DNA of 64,000 nucleotides from positions 4,534 through 68,533 of the forward strand of contig MTMD02000014.1 in assembly GCA_002010065.2 (NCBI GenBank), read 5' to 3'. Shown here one piece after another: positions 9,010 through 19,155 of this stretch (its first letter is position 1; each line of letters begins with the position of its first letter). The position numbers and the translations under genes are program-made. The notes beneath the pieces were generated by a model that saw only the letters and a list, made by a program, of their open reading frames with translations, was not told the DNA's origin and ran no database searches. The DNA comes from Candidatus Pyrohabitans jungbluthii. GTDB lineage: Archaea > Hydrothermarchaeota > Hydrothermarchaeia > Hydrothermarchaeales > BMS3B.

Positions 9010-9198
9010 ATGCAGGAGAATATTCATGCGGAGATGGAAGAAATCAAAAAAGAGATCCAGAACCTTAAGATTCTGCTCATGAAGGCCGAACGGAAACCAA
9101 AGCGGGTTATAAAGTTAAAGGGGATGTTAAAGGGCATAGAAGTAAGCGAGGGTGATATCCAGAAGGCTAAAAAGTCCCTCTTTAAATTCGGTGCTTAG
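9010..9198 (+). CDS. Putative VapB-type antitoxin
   Basis: This 62-aa protein is encoded directly in front of the PIN gene (TAG followed immediately by ATG). It has a coiled N-terminus and a KGMLKGIEVSEGDIQKAKKSLF tail typical of archaeal PIN-associated antitoxins. Confidence 0.55.
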   Translation: MQENIHAEMEEIKKEIQNLKILLMKAERKPKRVIKLKGMLKGIEVSEGDIQKAKKSLFKFGA

Positions 9199-9585
9199 AT
9201 GTACGTAACCGATACCCACGGGTTGATATGGTTTTTGACAGAGGACAGGAAGTTGGGTAAAAAGGCGGAGGAGATATTCTTATCTGCCGATAGAGGCGAT
9301 GCTACTGTTGTAATTCCTTCTATTGTTCTATTAGAAATTTTGCACATCTGCGAGAAACAAAATGCAAAGCTCAAATTTAAGCAAATTTTCGATATGGTTC
9401 AAAACTCATTAAATTATCCTGTATATCCATTAGATATGGATGTTGTTGAAGTTTGCCAGAATATAAAAGAGACCCTCAGCCTGCACGACAGGGTAATAGT
9501 TGCAACCGCCAAGCTCTTAAACGCCAAGCTCATAACAAAGGATAAAGAAATCATAAAGTCCGGGTTAGTGGAGGTTGTGTGGTAA
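9199..9585 (+). CDS. vapC: PIN-domain ribonuclease toxin VapC
   Basis: MYVTDTHGLIWFL (first acidic residue), a central E in LLEILH and DRVIVATA (third acidic residue) fit a PIN domain. Size is 128 aa and the reading frame is intact. Confidence 0.85.
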   Translation: MYVTDTHGLIWFLTEDRKLGKKAEEIFLSADRGDATVVIPSIVLLEILHICEKQNAKLKFKQIFDMVQNSLNYPVYPLDMDVVEVCQNIKETLSLHDRVIVATAKLLNAKLITKDKEIIKSGLVEVVW

Positions 9586-9693
9586 TTCAATGCAAAAAAT
9601 AATTGCTTGTGTCCCTATCGAGCTCTACGGAAGGATGCCTACCTGACAATGATGCACAATGGTATAGTTGCGAGCTAGGGATAGGTGGAAGGG

Positions 9694-9897
9694 ATGTTAA
9701 CAGAGAATGCCATACGTGAGATTGTAAGGGAAGAGGTGAGGTCTGCCTTAAATGATGCCATGGAAAAGTTATTCGTTAGACTGAAATTTGAAATGCTACC
9801 CTACGTTTCTGATGAAGAGCAGAGAGAAATTGAAGAAGCTTTTGGAGAAGAACCACCAGAAATAGACGAGAAGGATTTTATAACAAGGGAATTGTGA
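9694..9897 (+). CDS. Putative antitoxin of the RelE/ParE-like pair
   Basis: This small acidic protein is encoded 4 nt upstream of the RelE-like gene. I see no recognisable family by eye, so the assignment is positional. Confidence 0.4.
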   Translation: MLTENAIREIVREEVRSALNDAMEKLFVRLKFEMLPYVSDEEQREIEEAFGEEPPEIDEKDFITREL

Positions 9898-9901
9898 CCA
9901 C

Positions 9902-10159
9902 ATGACGGGATGGAAGGTAAAGTATCACAGGGATGCCTAGAAGTTTTTACATAAAGAGAATTTCTTAGAGGCGTTTGAGGAAGTATTGAAGGATTTTATT
10001 TATAAATCCAGAAAAGTAGAAATAAAAAAGCTAAAAGGTAGATGGAAAGGGAAATATAGGCTAAGAATAGGGAATATTAGAGTCGTTTTTGATATAAATT
10101 ATGATGAGAGGACAATTTATATCGTTAGAGCAGGATACAGAGGAGATGTGTATAAATAA
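9902..10159 (+). pseudogene. relE: RelE/ParE-family toxin with an in-frame premature stop
   Basis: Translation is MTGWKVKYHRDA-TAG(9938-9940)-KFLHKENFLEAFEEVLKDFIYKSRKVEIKKLKGRWKGKYRLRIGNIRVVFDINYDERTIYIVRAGYRGDVYK. The KLKG..KG.YRLRIG..RVVF.I......I.I...G.R block is the RelE/ParE core. Confidence 0.7.
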
Positions 10160-10313
10160 TAGCCATCACTTGGTTGGGATGTCGTGAAGACAGCAAAAGT
10201 TTGGCCGGACGAAAACACCAGTGAGGCATAAAAAGCTGAGGTTCCGGAGAAGTATGTGCACGCGGTCTCTGTTGAGCTGTATGGAAGTGATTCTCTGGTG
10301 TGGGTCTAAAAAT

Positions 10314-10790
10314 TTATGACAGGCGTTCTTTCAAAACGCCTATCAAAATAATCGCTAAAATTATGCCAAACGCTATTGCAGTATCAGTGAATCCGTAATA
10401 GGCGATATCCCGTATTATTATAGATACGAAAAACAGTACAACGTCAACTATAAGCCATGCTAGCAGTACCTTCCAAAATAATTTACTCCATTTATCATAG
10501 AACCCAGTAAAATACTCATATACAGATACCATCCACAACGCGATAGGTAGTAAAAATATCATTATCCAAGTAATAAATGGCCATTGTGCAGGGGTCCAGC
10601 CGGTAGGTGGGGGCTGCGTTATTATATACCATATAAATTCTAGTGGGTCTTTCCAGGGAGCAGGAGCATCTTCAATAATAATATTCATACCTACAAGAAC
10701 CGCAATTAATATGGACATAAGCATAGCCACAAATGTTAACTGAATAACTTCCTTCCGCTTTTTTCTTTTAACTTCCTCCTTACTTTCCAT
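10314..10790 (-). CDS. Hypothetical polytopic membrane protein (paralogue of 56680-56970)
   Basis: It has a basic N-terminus (KEEVKRKKRKEVIQ) followed by about four hydrophobic helices. It shares KE..KRKKR..V.Q and GW.PA......I.I...L...E.....Y..W motifs with the small protein next to tRNA-Ile. Confidence 0.6.
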   Translation of the reverse strand: MESKEEVKRKKRKEVIQLTFVAMLMSILIAVLVGMNIIIEDAPAPWKDPLEFIWYIITQPPPTGWTPAQWPFITWIMIFLLPIALWMVSVYEYFTGFYDKWSKLFWKVLLAWLIVDVVLFFVSIIIRDIAYYGFTDTAIAFGIILAIILIGVLKERLS

Positions 10791-11020
10791 TTTACATCCC
10801 CAATGATTTGCTTCTATTTCTCCACCACTCCTCTACCAAATTATTTTTGCGACCAAACTTTTTAAATATTTTCTTCTATAGGTTAGCTAAATTTCAATTT
10901 GTTGCATAGGCATACTTGAGTCTAATTATTAAACTAAAAAGTTATAAATTACCAAAAAATATAGCAAAAATGCAATAAATAGATTAAAAGGTTGAAAAAG
11001 GCTGTTTACAATGACCAATT

Positions 11021-11038
11021 ACGGGCCTGCCGGGATTT
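11021..11038. repeat. Proximal copy of the 18-bp direct repeat (within the tRNA-Arg 3' end)
   Basis: It is identical to 7480-7497. Confidence 0.85.
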
Positions 11039-11095
11039 GAACCCGGGTTTAGAGCTCCGGAGGCTCCCGTCCTATCCTGGCTAGACTACAGGCCC
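11022..11095 (-). tRNA. tRNA-Arg (anticodon CCG)
   Basis: The reverse complement is GGGCCTGTAGTCTAGCCAGGATAGGACGGGAGCCTCCGGAGCTCTAAACCCGGGTTCAAATCCCGGCAGGCCCG. The anticodon arm is GGAGC-CTCCGGA-GCTCT. Confidence 0.9.
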
Positions 11096-11111
11096 AGGAA
11101 ATAAGCGCAGG

Positions 11112-11879
11112 CTAACCTTGTTCAAACCAGCTAAAAAGCTCAGGGTGGGCATCTTCAAGCACTGGAAAGCTGCTCCTCACCCTGGCGACTTCCTCTATGC
11201 TGAACTCCACCTCGAGCAAAGTTTCGTCGCTACCCGCCCTGGCGAGAACCTCGCCCCACGGTGATATAACGGCGCTTCCGCCCGCGTAGGAGTTGTGCTC
11301 GTCCTTACCCACGCGGTTGCATGCAAGCATAAAGCATTGATTCTCTATCGCTCTGGCTCTAACAAGGACATCGAAGTGCTCTTGGCGCGGTGCTGGAAAT
11401 TCGGCGCTCAGGAGAAACACCTCACTTCCAAGCAAAGTCAAACGCCGGAAAAGCTCAGGGAAGCGCACGTCGTAGCACGTTGCTAGGCCAAAGGTTGTGT
11501 CTCTCGCTCTCGCTACCACCGCCTTCTCACCTGAGGTGAAGTAGCGCTTCTCCTCGCCAAAGAGGTGGAGCTTGCGGTATGTGGCGATTACTCCGCTTCC
11601 GCTCAAAAGAACAAAGGTGTTGTAAAGCTTACCGCCATCGTTTTCCAGAAGCGTTCCGGCGATAAGCCTCTTGCCTGCGAGTTCGCAAAGCTTATGCACT
11701 GTTTCGCCGTTCAGCGGTTCAGCGAGCTTTTTGAGCCTGGGAAAGTCAAAGCCGGTGGTGAAAAGCTCCGGGAAGAGCACCAGCTCTGCTCTTGTGCGGG
11801 AGAGTGCCTCCTCCACCTTGGTGAGGTTTGCCTCCTTATCGCCCAGGGCTATATCCAGCTGTGCAACTGCAATGCGCAT
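11112..11879 (-). CDS. Carbon-nitrogen hydrolase (nitrilase/omega-amidase superfamily)
   Basis: MRIAVAQLD, FPELFTTGF, YRKLHLF and GLATCYDVRFPE match the E-K-C catalytic-triad blocks. Confidence 0.85.
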   Translation of the reverse strand: MRIAVAQLDIALGDKEANLTKVEEALSRTRAELVLFPELFTTGFDFPRLKKLAEPLNGETVHKLCELAGKRLIAGTLLENDGGKLYNTFVLLSGSGVIATYRKLHLFGEEKRYFTSGEKAVVARARDTTFGLATCYDVRFPELFRRLTLLGSEVFLLSAEFPAPRQEHFDVLVRARAIENQCFMLACNRVGKDEHNSYAGGSAVISPWGEVLARAGSDETLLEVEFSIEEVARVRSSFPVLEDAHPELFSWFEQG

Positions 11880-11880
11880 C

Positions 11881-12765
11881 TCAGAAAAGCTCTCTCAGGT
11901 AAATCTTGTGCTTTCCAAGATTGCCGCCATAGTTGCCAGCTGTAATTCTGCGCACGCCTTCCACCTGCGTAGCTGCCTCTATACCTAAGCGCATCGCCTC
12001 AGCCACGGCGTCGACGCTAACTCCGTCGATTACCACCTCAATCACAGCATTCACGCTGGCATCTAAGGCTGAGTCTTCAACCTTATCCTTGAGCGTGGGG
12101 CAAAAGCGCTCATTGGTAGTGGCGTGCATAAATTTATACTTCTTGGAGCCCACCTTTGAGCCGCTGGCTACGACGCCACCCGGGAATGGAGTTATAGTTC
12201 CCTCCTGCTCTGCAATTGCCTCCACGGCACGTTCAGCCGCGGCTAAGGCGCTCTCTGCACTTGAGGCGAGGATTATGAAGTTTCCGCCGGCGACGCCCTT
12301 GGCGATGGTCAAATTCCTCTCTATCATAAACTCCCCCATCATTATGGGCACCGCCACCATCTCCCTCTCAAAGGCGCTTCGAACCTCCTCGTAGCCGTCG
12401 CCGAAGTATTTGAGCTTGTAGCCCACGTCCACAGGCTCGCCCTCGCCCAGGCTGAACACCCTCGTTGTGGGAGCGGTAAGCACACACTGCCCTATGCGTT
12501 TAATCAGCTCCATGGGTAACTTCTTTTTTGGTGCGAATACCTGCACTGCGCAGCCAGGACGGGAGTCGGGTGTCTCGCTGGGCGAAAGAATGCGCTCTAT
12601 CCCCGCCTCTGCGGTGCACGCTATAAGTGAGGTTCCAAACCCGGTAGCCTCAGTAGCGGCGATGTGCGCCCACTTCTCGTTCACGGCGGTTATTATAAAC
12701 CTGGAATACCAGCTGTCAAATGCCTCCGCGAAGGTATCCTCCACCTCAACGCCGTTAACCTTCAT
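11881..12765 (-). CDS. ftr: Formylmethanofuran--tetrahydromethanopterin N-formyltransferase
   Basis: The N-terminus MKVNGVEVEDTFAEAF and the overall length (294 aa) match Ftr. ATEATGFGTS is a conserved block. Confidence 0.9.
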   Translation of the reverse strand: MKVNGVEVEDTFAEAFDSWYSRFIITAVNEKWAHIAATEATGFGTSLIACTAEAGIERILSPSETPDSRPGCAVQVFAPKKKLPMELIKRIGQCVLTAPTTRVFSLGEGEPVDVGYKLKYFGDGYEEVRSAFEREMVAVPIMMGEFMIERNLTIAKGVAGGNFIILASSAESALAAAERAVEAIAEQEGTITPFPGGVVASGSKVGSKKYKFMHATTNERFCPTLKDKVEDSALDASVNAVIEVVIDGVSVDAVAEAMRLGIEAATQVEGVRRITAGNYGGNLGKHKIYLRELF

Positions 12766-12890
12766 GTCCTCACCGTTTTATCATTTTTAATCATGATTTA
12801 TATGGTTTGTGTTAAGGTTATGGGTATAATATTTAGGCATAATTTTGCCCGAATCCATGAAAATAAAAAAAGAAAATTTAAGCTGCGCGC

Positions 12891-14177
<1,287 letters not shown>

Positions 14178-14180
14178 CTA

Positions 14181-15041
14181 CTATAAAAGGCTATTCCTGT
14201 AGTTTTCTGTGGCGTCGATTAGGCCGTTTTCCAGGAAGTAATCCCTCAGGCTTACGACTTTTTTCAGGGAGGTCATCTTATCCAGCTCCCGCTTCGCCTC
14301 CTCAGGCGAAGCTTCGACGTAGCGCATCTTCTCTATAAAGATGTCCCTCAGCTTCGCCGCATCCCCCTCGCTCTCAAGCAGCGATGCTAGGGTCAGGTAG
14401 TGCTCTCTAATAACCCCTGCCAGTCTCAGCCCTTCTTTTCCCAGCTTGAAAAACTCGCTGTCAGCCTCGCCTTTTAAGCCAGGGCACTCATCGCTGTGGT
14501 GCCTGAAGTCTATCCTCTTCGCTGGTATGTCTATGTTGGCGTAGTAGGGGTAGAGTCGGCATGTGGCTGGCTTCACCTCATGAATAAAGCACTCCCTGCT
14601 CAGAGGGTTGAAGAAGATGCACCTGCCGGAGTCCTGGAAAGTTTTCAGGATGTAATACTCTACAAAGTAATTCTGGGAGTCGAAGCTCCTTCCCACAGAG
14701 AAGAAGAAGTCGCTGAGCAGGTGCCTGAACTCATCGGCAAACTCAGCCTCGCCTATAAGCTCGGGCATCCCAGCAAAGGTCAGGTAGTCCCACGCAAATT
14801 CTTCAAACTTTTGCTTTTCTATACCCTCAAGGAAGCGCTGGATTGCTGAGACCTCCTGAAAAAACAGCCTTATACCTATTTTCCTGCTGCTACCAAAGCA
14901 GCATCTGCCGCACCGCTGGCATTCAAAGCCACTATCTATTGCTGTAAAGTCGAGATTTATCTCCTTCACACTCTGCCTCCACAGGAGAGGGATAGAGCAG
15001 GCGAATGCTCTAACAAGAGGAGATAATATGGTATTGCGCAT
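14181..15041 (-). CDS. YkgJ/UPF0153-family putative Fe-S/zinc cluster protein
   Basis: The CxxCxxCC motif FECQRCGRCCFGS is present near the N-terminus, with additional Cys later (CFIHEVKPATCRLYPY). The start was chosen at ATG 15039-15041 and is uncertain. Confidence 0.55.
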   Translation of the reverse strand: MRNTILSPLVRAFACSIPLLWRQSVKEINLDFTAIDSGFECQRCGRCCFGSSRKIGIRLFFQEVSAIQRFLEGIEKQKFEEFAWDYLTFAGMPELIGEAEFADEFRHLLSDFFFSVGRSFDSQNYFVEYYILKTFQDSGRCIFFNPLSRECFIHEVKPATCRLYPYYANIDIPAKRIDFRHHSDECPGLKGEADSEFFKLGKEGLRLAGVIREHYLTLASLLESEGDAAKLRDIFIEKMRYVEASPEEAKRELDKMTSLKKVVSLRDYFLENGLIDATENYRNSLL

Positions 15042-15214
15042 TTGTGCACTCGCGCACAATTTCGTCAGGTTTATATGTTATAATCTTTTTGCACATAATC
15101 AGCCTATGGGTAGCCAGCCCTTTCTTATGCTCCCATAGGCACCTCCTCTATATCCCCCTCTCTATCCCCCTAAATTATTTATTTGCGTTTTGTGGTATTT
15201 ATTCCGGTGGTTTA

Positions 15215-15634
15215 ATGCAGAGGGTACTTAGGGATACCAAGGTTAGGGATGTCATGACGCGGGGTGTAATAACCGTAAAGTTCAATGAGCCGATAAAAAA
15301 TGTGCTCGCAACCATGGTGGAGAATGATGTTTCAGCTGTGGTTGTGGTGGATGACCAGAACGAAGCCATGGGGGTAATTTCCACTGTGGATGTGCTGAAA
15401 GAGCTCAAGAATAGAAGCGAAAAGGAAATTGAGGAGATGGAGGCAGAGGAGCTTATGACCCCCTTCACAGTCTCAATAAGCCCAGAAAGCTCTCTGCAGG
15501 AGGCGGCTGAGCTGATGATAGAGAAAAGGATACACCGCCTGGTGGTGCTCCACGGCGGGCATATCGCAGGCGAGATGCCTGTGGGTATACTCTCGGCGAC
15601 AGATGTGCTGAGGGTGCTCCACAAAAATTTATAA
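15215..15634 (+). CDS. CBS-domain pair protein
   Basis: Two CBS repeats are visible (VRDVMTRGVITV...AVVVVDDQNEAMGVISTVDVLK; LMTPFTVSISPESSLQEAAELMIEKRIHRLVVL). The start is set at the internal ATG 15215. The upstream extension in the track is hydrophobic junk overlapping the divergent gene. Confidence 0.8.
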   Translation: MQRVLRDTKVRDVMTRGVITVKFNEPIKNVLATMVENDVSAVVVVDDQNEAMGVISTVDVLKELKNRSEKEIEEMEAEELMTPFTVSISPESSLQEAAELMIEKRIHRLVVLHGGHIAGEMPVGILSATDVLRVLHKNL

Positions 15635-15672
15635 AAGGTTATAAGACGGTATATTTGCGTGTTGCTTTACCC

Positions 15673-15745
15673 GGGCCGGTGGTCTAGGGGTTATGACGTC
15701 ACGCTTACAACGTGAAGGTCGGCGGTTCGAATCCGCCCCGGCCCA
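15673..15745 (+). tRNA. tRNA-Val (anticodon TAC)
   Basis: The acceptor is GGGCCGG/CCGGCCC, the anticodon arm TCACG-CTTACAA-CGTGA and the T arm GGCGG-TTCGAAT-CCGCC. Confidence 0.9.
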
Positions 15746-15912
15746 TCCAGGGGAGGGAATACCCCTCCCTTCGTCACGCCGGAAGCTTTGCTTCCGGGTA
15801 ACTTAGGTTAACCCCACCCCGACAGGGATACAATGGTAAATGCGGTGGAAACATAGCGGTATTGAGTGCAGCGAAATACCGCAATATGTTGATGCAACTG
15901 ACTGCAGTTGCG
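15746..15912 (+). other. Highly structured spacer (candidate small RNA or element remnant) between tRNA-Val and a second copy of its 3' end
   Basis: Four perfect hairpins lie within about 170 nt. They are gggaggg-aatac-ccctccc, ccggaagc-ttt-gcttccgg, gcggtatt-(11 nt)-aataccgc and gcaactg-actg-cagttgc. There is no credible ORF. Confidence 0.3.
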
Positions 15913-15934
15913 TTCTGAATCCGCCCCGGCCCAT
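15913..15934 (+). repeat. Duplicated tRNA-Val 3' end (att-like remnant)
   Basis: gttctgaatccgccccggcccat matches gttcgaatccgccccggcccat of the tRNA (15725-15746) apart from one inserted t. The last 18 nt are identical. The upstream bases cannot form a T-stem, so this is not a second tRNA. Confidence 0.8.
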
Positions 15935-15986
15935 TGCCTGCGAAAATTAATTAAGAGGTTATCATATATTATTATCCTCAGAACAC

Positions 15987-16060
15987 GCGGCCGTAGTATA
16001 GCCTGGCTAGTACACGAGCCTGCCACGCTTGTAGCCCGGGTTCAAATCCCGGCGGCCGCA
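15987..16060 (+). tRNA. tRNA-Gly (anticodon GCC)
   Basis: The acceptor is GCGGCCG/CGGCCGC, the anticodon arm CGAGC-CTGCCAC-GCTTG and the T arm CCGGG-TTCAAAT-CCCGG. Confidence 0.9.
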
Positions 16061-16085
16061 TACTATTCAAATACTTCTACTAGTT

Positions 16086-18551
16086 CTACTTTCTCAGGGG
16101 CAGTGTGAAGTAGAAGGTGGAGCCTTTTCCGACCTCGCTTTTCACCCAGATTTTACCCCCGTGTGCTTCTATTATCTGCTTCGTGAGTGCCAGGCCTGTA
16201 CCCGTGCCACCATATCGCCTGGTAGAGCTCGAATCCAGCTGCGTTAGCGGCTCAAATATCTCTTCATATCTATCCTCCGGTATGCCTATACCGGTATCGC
16301 TCACCCTCACCACCACGGCGTCGTCCTCTTTCTCTGTCTCAATCTTAACCTCACCCCCTTCGCGGTTGAACTTTATGGCGTTGTCTATGAGATGGGCTAC
16401 AGCACGCTGGATATAACGGAAGTCTGCATACACCTCCCCGGTGTAATTAAGGTTAACCTTTATCTCAATCTTCCTGCTGTGTGCATACTCTTCTTTCGCC
16501 TCAACTGCCGCTGAAATTATCTCCTCTATTTTTGCATTTTCAAATTTCAGGTGAAAATCTCCCCCATGGATATTCGCAAATGTGATGAAGTCGCCAACAA
16601 TGCAATCAAGGCGGAGAAGTGCATTAAGAACAGAATTAAGCTCATACCTGCGCACATCCTCGTCCTCCTCTTCAAGGGCGAGTTCCACAAAGCCCTTGGC
16701 AATGGTTATAGGCGTGCGAAGCTCGTGGCTCACGTTGGCTATAATGTTGTTTTTGAGCTCGTTAATGCTTTTCAGCTCCTCGTAGGCTTGCTTTAGTTCG
16801 TCATGAGCCCTCTCAAGCTTCTGGTAGAGTTCAGCCCTTTCCACGGTGCTTCCAATCTGCCTAGCAAACCTCATAAGGCGCTCGGCATCCTGCAACGTTA
16901 GCTCGCGCCGGGCGCCAATCCAGACAACTCCGATAACCGCCTCTCCACTCTCCAGAGGCACTGCCAGTACCTTTTTAATACCAGAAAGCGTAGCTATGCG
17001 CGCAATCAGCTTCTCCAGTTCACCCCCGCTTTTGTGCTCCCTTACAAGCCTCTCAACATCTGCGGTTATTATGTATCTCCTCCTGGCGACTATGTCCTCG
17101 AAGAGACCACCTTTAGTTATGGGGAGCCTGTACCCCACTGGCGAGTGTCTCGCAAGCTTCAGTTCCTCCACAATCTCCGGAGGTGCACTGTAAGCTGCAA
17201 CCTTGAGGGAGTCCTTGCTATCGCTAAGTCGGTACCCCACTGCAATATCGTAACCAAAGGTGTCCCGCAGCCTGTCAACTATCATCTGAAATATCCTCTC
17301 AGGCGTTGCCCCTGCTGCAAGCATGCCTCCTGCTTCCCTCAAAATCCTCTCTTCCTCCTCCCACTCAACCCGCTCTGTGACATCTCGCGATATGTGCACA
17401 ATGCTGACCACCTCCCCGCCCTCGTTGATAAGTGGAGAGGCAACTATTTCTACATACCGCTTCCTGCCGGAATTATCTTGGTGAGCGTGCAGAGCACTTA
17501 CAGTTTTACCTGTAGAAAGAACCTCCTCAAGGGGGCAGAGTTCTCTAAGGGTGGAGCATGGCTGACCTCTGCGATAGATAACCTCATAACATTTTTTCCC
17601 AACCACCTCTTCACGTCTCAGGCCTTCTGCTTTCAGGAAATAACGGTTCACCTCTAGGATATTGAAGTCCCTGTCTATAACAAGGAGGGAATCCATCATG
17701 CTGTCTATAACTGCACGGATGTGATGCTCGCGCTCTTTAACCTCATCGAAAAGCTGTGCGTTCATAACAGCAACCCCTATAGCCTCGCCTATTGCTGTGA
17801 GGAGCCTCAAATCATCCTCTGTAACCAGCCTTTTAGACCTGAAGGCGACAGTTATCACGCCTAGCCTTCGTAGCCCCGTCTCTATTGGAACACTCACCGC
17901 CGTGCTTAACCCCTCCTCTTTTGCAAACTCCATGAAAACACGCTCAGCATCTCCTGTGCTTGAGGGCATGCTATTTGAGGGCAGCACTCTGATGTGTTCC
18001 AGCAGCTTCCCGCTCAGCCCGTAGTGGGCTGCGAGCTGAAGCTTATCTCCATTCCCAAGATGCACAGTCCCTGCGTCTGCCTTCATAACTCTGAGAATCT
18101 CTCTCAAGGCTGAGTTCAGGATCTCATCCAGCTTCAGCGAGGACGACGCCGCTCTGGTGGTGCTGTATAAAGCTTCTAGCTCTTCGCTGCGTTTTCTTAT
18201 CGCCTCCTCTGCGCGCCTTCGCAGCGCAATATCTCTGTAAATCTTCTCCAGATTCTGATACATCAGCGCAAATATGCCTACGGCGATAAAAGTAAGCGTA
18301 TTAACCGCTCCGGACACAGGAGAGATAGCATTCCATAACTCCTCTTTCCCCAAAAAAAGAAGCATCCTCTGAACCATGTGCCCGAAGTAGCGCGACACAG
18401 CAAAAATAGCAAAAACCACTGCCTGCCCGTATAGGTAGAGCCACAGGGATTCCCCTCTTTCCCTCTGATAGAGCCTCCGGGCATGCCTCACGGCAAGAAG
18501 GCTGAGGGGGATGATAAGAATGCTGCCCACGATGTCAAATGCCAGGTTCAT
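16086..18551 (-). CDS. Membrane-bound sensor histidine kinase (TM region-GAF-PAS-GAF-HisKA-HATPase)
   Basis: The H-box is [11 protein letters not shown] and the ATPase boxes are DNAIKFN, SDTGIGI and [18 protein letters not shown]. Hydrophobic helices at the N-terminus are followed by a coiled linker. The start is set at ATG 18549-18551 (MNLAFDIV...), because the longer track ORF begins with TTG and overlaps the upstream gene. Confidence 0.85.
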   Translation of the reverse strand: MNLAFDIVGSILIIPLSLLAVRHARRLYQRERGESLWLYLYGQAVVFAIFAVSRYFGHMVQRMLLFLGKEELWNAISPVSGAVNTLTFIAVGIFALMYQNLEKIYRDIALRRRAEEAIRKRSEELEALYSTTRAASSSLKLDEILNSALREILRVMKADAGTVHLGNGDKLQLAAHYGLSGKLLEHIRVLPSNSMPSSTGDAERVFMEFAKEEGLSTAVSVPIETGLRRLGVITVAFRSKRLVTEDDLRLLTAIGEAIGVAVMNAQLFDEVKEREHHIRAVIDSMMDSLLVIDRDFNILEVNRYFLKAEGLRREEVVGKKCYEVIYRRGQPCSTLRELCPLEEVLSTGKTVSALHAHQDNSGRKRYVEIVASPLINEGGEVVSIVHISRDVTERVEWEEEERILREAGGMLAAGATPERIFQMIVDRLRDTFGYDIAVGYRLSDSKDSLKVAAYSAPPEIVEELKLARHSPVGYRLPITKGGLFEDIVARRRYIITADVERLVREHKSGGELEKLIARIATLSGIKKVLAVPLESGEAVIGVVWIGARRELTLQDAERLMRFARQIGSTVERAELYQKLERAHDELKQAYEELKSINELKNNIIANVSHELRTPITIAKGFVELALEEEDEDVRRYELNSVLNALLRLDCIVGDFITFANIHGGDFHLKFENAKIEEIISAAVEAKEEYAHSRKIEIKVNLNYTGEVYADFRYIQRAVAHLIDNAIKFNREGGEVKIETEKEDDAVVVRVSDTGIGIPEDRYEEIFEPLTQLDSSSTRRYGGTGTGLALTKQIIEAHGGKIWVKSEVGKGSTFYFTLPLRK

Positions 18552-18552
18552 A

Positions 18553-19041
18553 CTAATTAGAAGCTCTGCGTTCAAGGGTATCACCCCTCGCGGCGCCCTG
18601 GGCAAGGGCTCTAACTCCCGAAAGGAAGAATAACATCCCGCTCACTGCAAGCACGTGGTCAAGGAGGCAGCCTACATAGTACACCTTTGCGGGGAGCGTC
18701 TCAATAAACTCATCTCCAGAGAGTGTCTCGCTGGTGAGATACTCCCCTGCTATGTGTGTGAAAATAGTGTCGACATTCCACAGGGCAAATATCATAGCGC
18801 TTATTCCTATGTCACGCCATCCACCTCCATAGCCAGAAGTTCTTATCCTGATAAAAAGAACAACCATAGAAAAAAGAAAGAAGATGTGGGCAATGAGATG
18901 TGCCACCATACCTTCTGGTTGTTTATGAACCTGTACAGCGAAGGCGGATGGCAGAATGATTGAGAATATGATTATCTGAAAAAATACCCTGATTAAAAGC
19001 CGTCTCAGGGAGGGGAGTCCATTCCTACCAGTAAGAGCCAT
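18553..19041 (-). CDS. Hypothetical integral membrane protein, translationally adjacent to the sensor kinase
   Basis: It has about four predicted helices ([64 protein letters not shown]). Its stop lies 1 nt before the kinase ATG. Confidence 0.55.
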   Translation of the reverse strand: MALTGRNGLPSLRRLLIRVFFQIIIFSIILPSAFAVQVHKQPEGMVAHLIAHIFFLFSMVVLFIRIRTSGYGGGWRDIGISAMIFALWNVDTIFTHIAGEYLTSETLSGDEFIETLPAKVYYVGCLLDHVLAVSGMLFFLSGVRALAQGAARGDTLERRASN

Positions 19042-19155
19042 TGAAAATTTTTGATACCTGCGAGTATATAAATTTTTCTGTAATATATTAAAATATATTT
19101 TAACATGTTTCATTTGGCGCACCCTTTATATACCTGTAGAATTGAGTGGAAGAGC

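Larger units (their letters stand above)
7480..11038. mobile_element. Degraded integrated element or genomic island in the tRNA-Arg 3' end (no integrase left)
   Basis: It is bounded by the perfect 18-bp direct repeat, and the intact tRNA sits at one end. The content is AT-rich (spot counts of 60-nt lines give about 30-37% GC, against about 60% in flanking genes). It holds three TA modules, gene fragments and an orphan membrane protein. Confidence 0.55.

Noticed and set aside
15870-15925. Possible C/D-box sRNA in the tRNA-Val spacer (tgatgc ... ctga ... ctga).
   Set aside because: The C-box is imperfect (TGATGC rather than RUGAUGA). The C-to-D distance is only about 29 nt, too short for an archaeal C/D sRNA with two guide regions, and there is no C'/D' pair.
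15913-15934. A second tRNA-Val gene or a split/intron-containing tRNA.
   Set aside because: Only the 3' 22 nt or so are present. The bases upstream (ttgcg) cannot pair with ccgcc to form a T-stem, and no matching 5' half is nearby.
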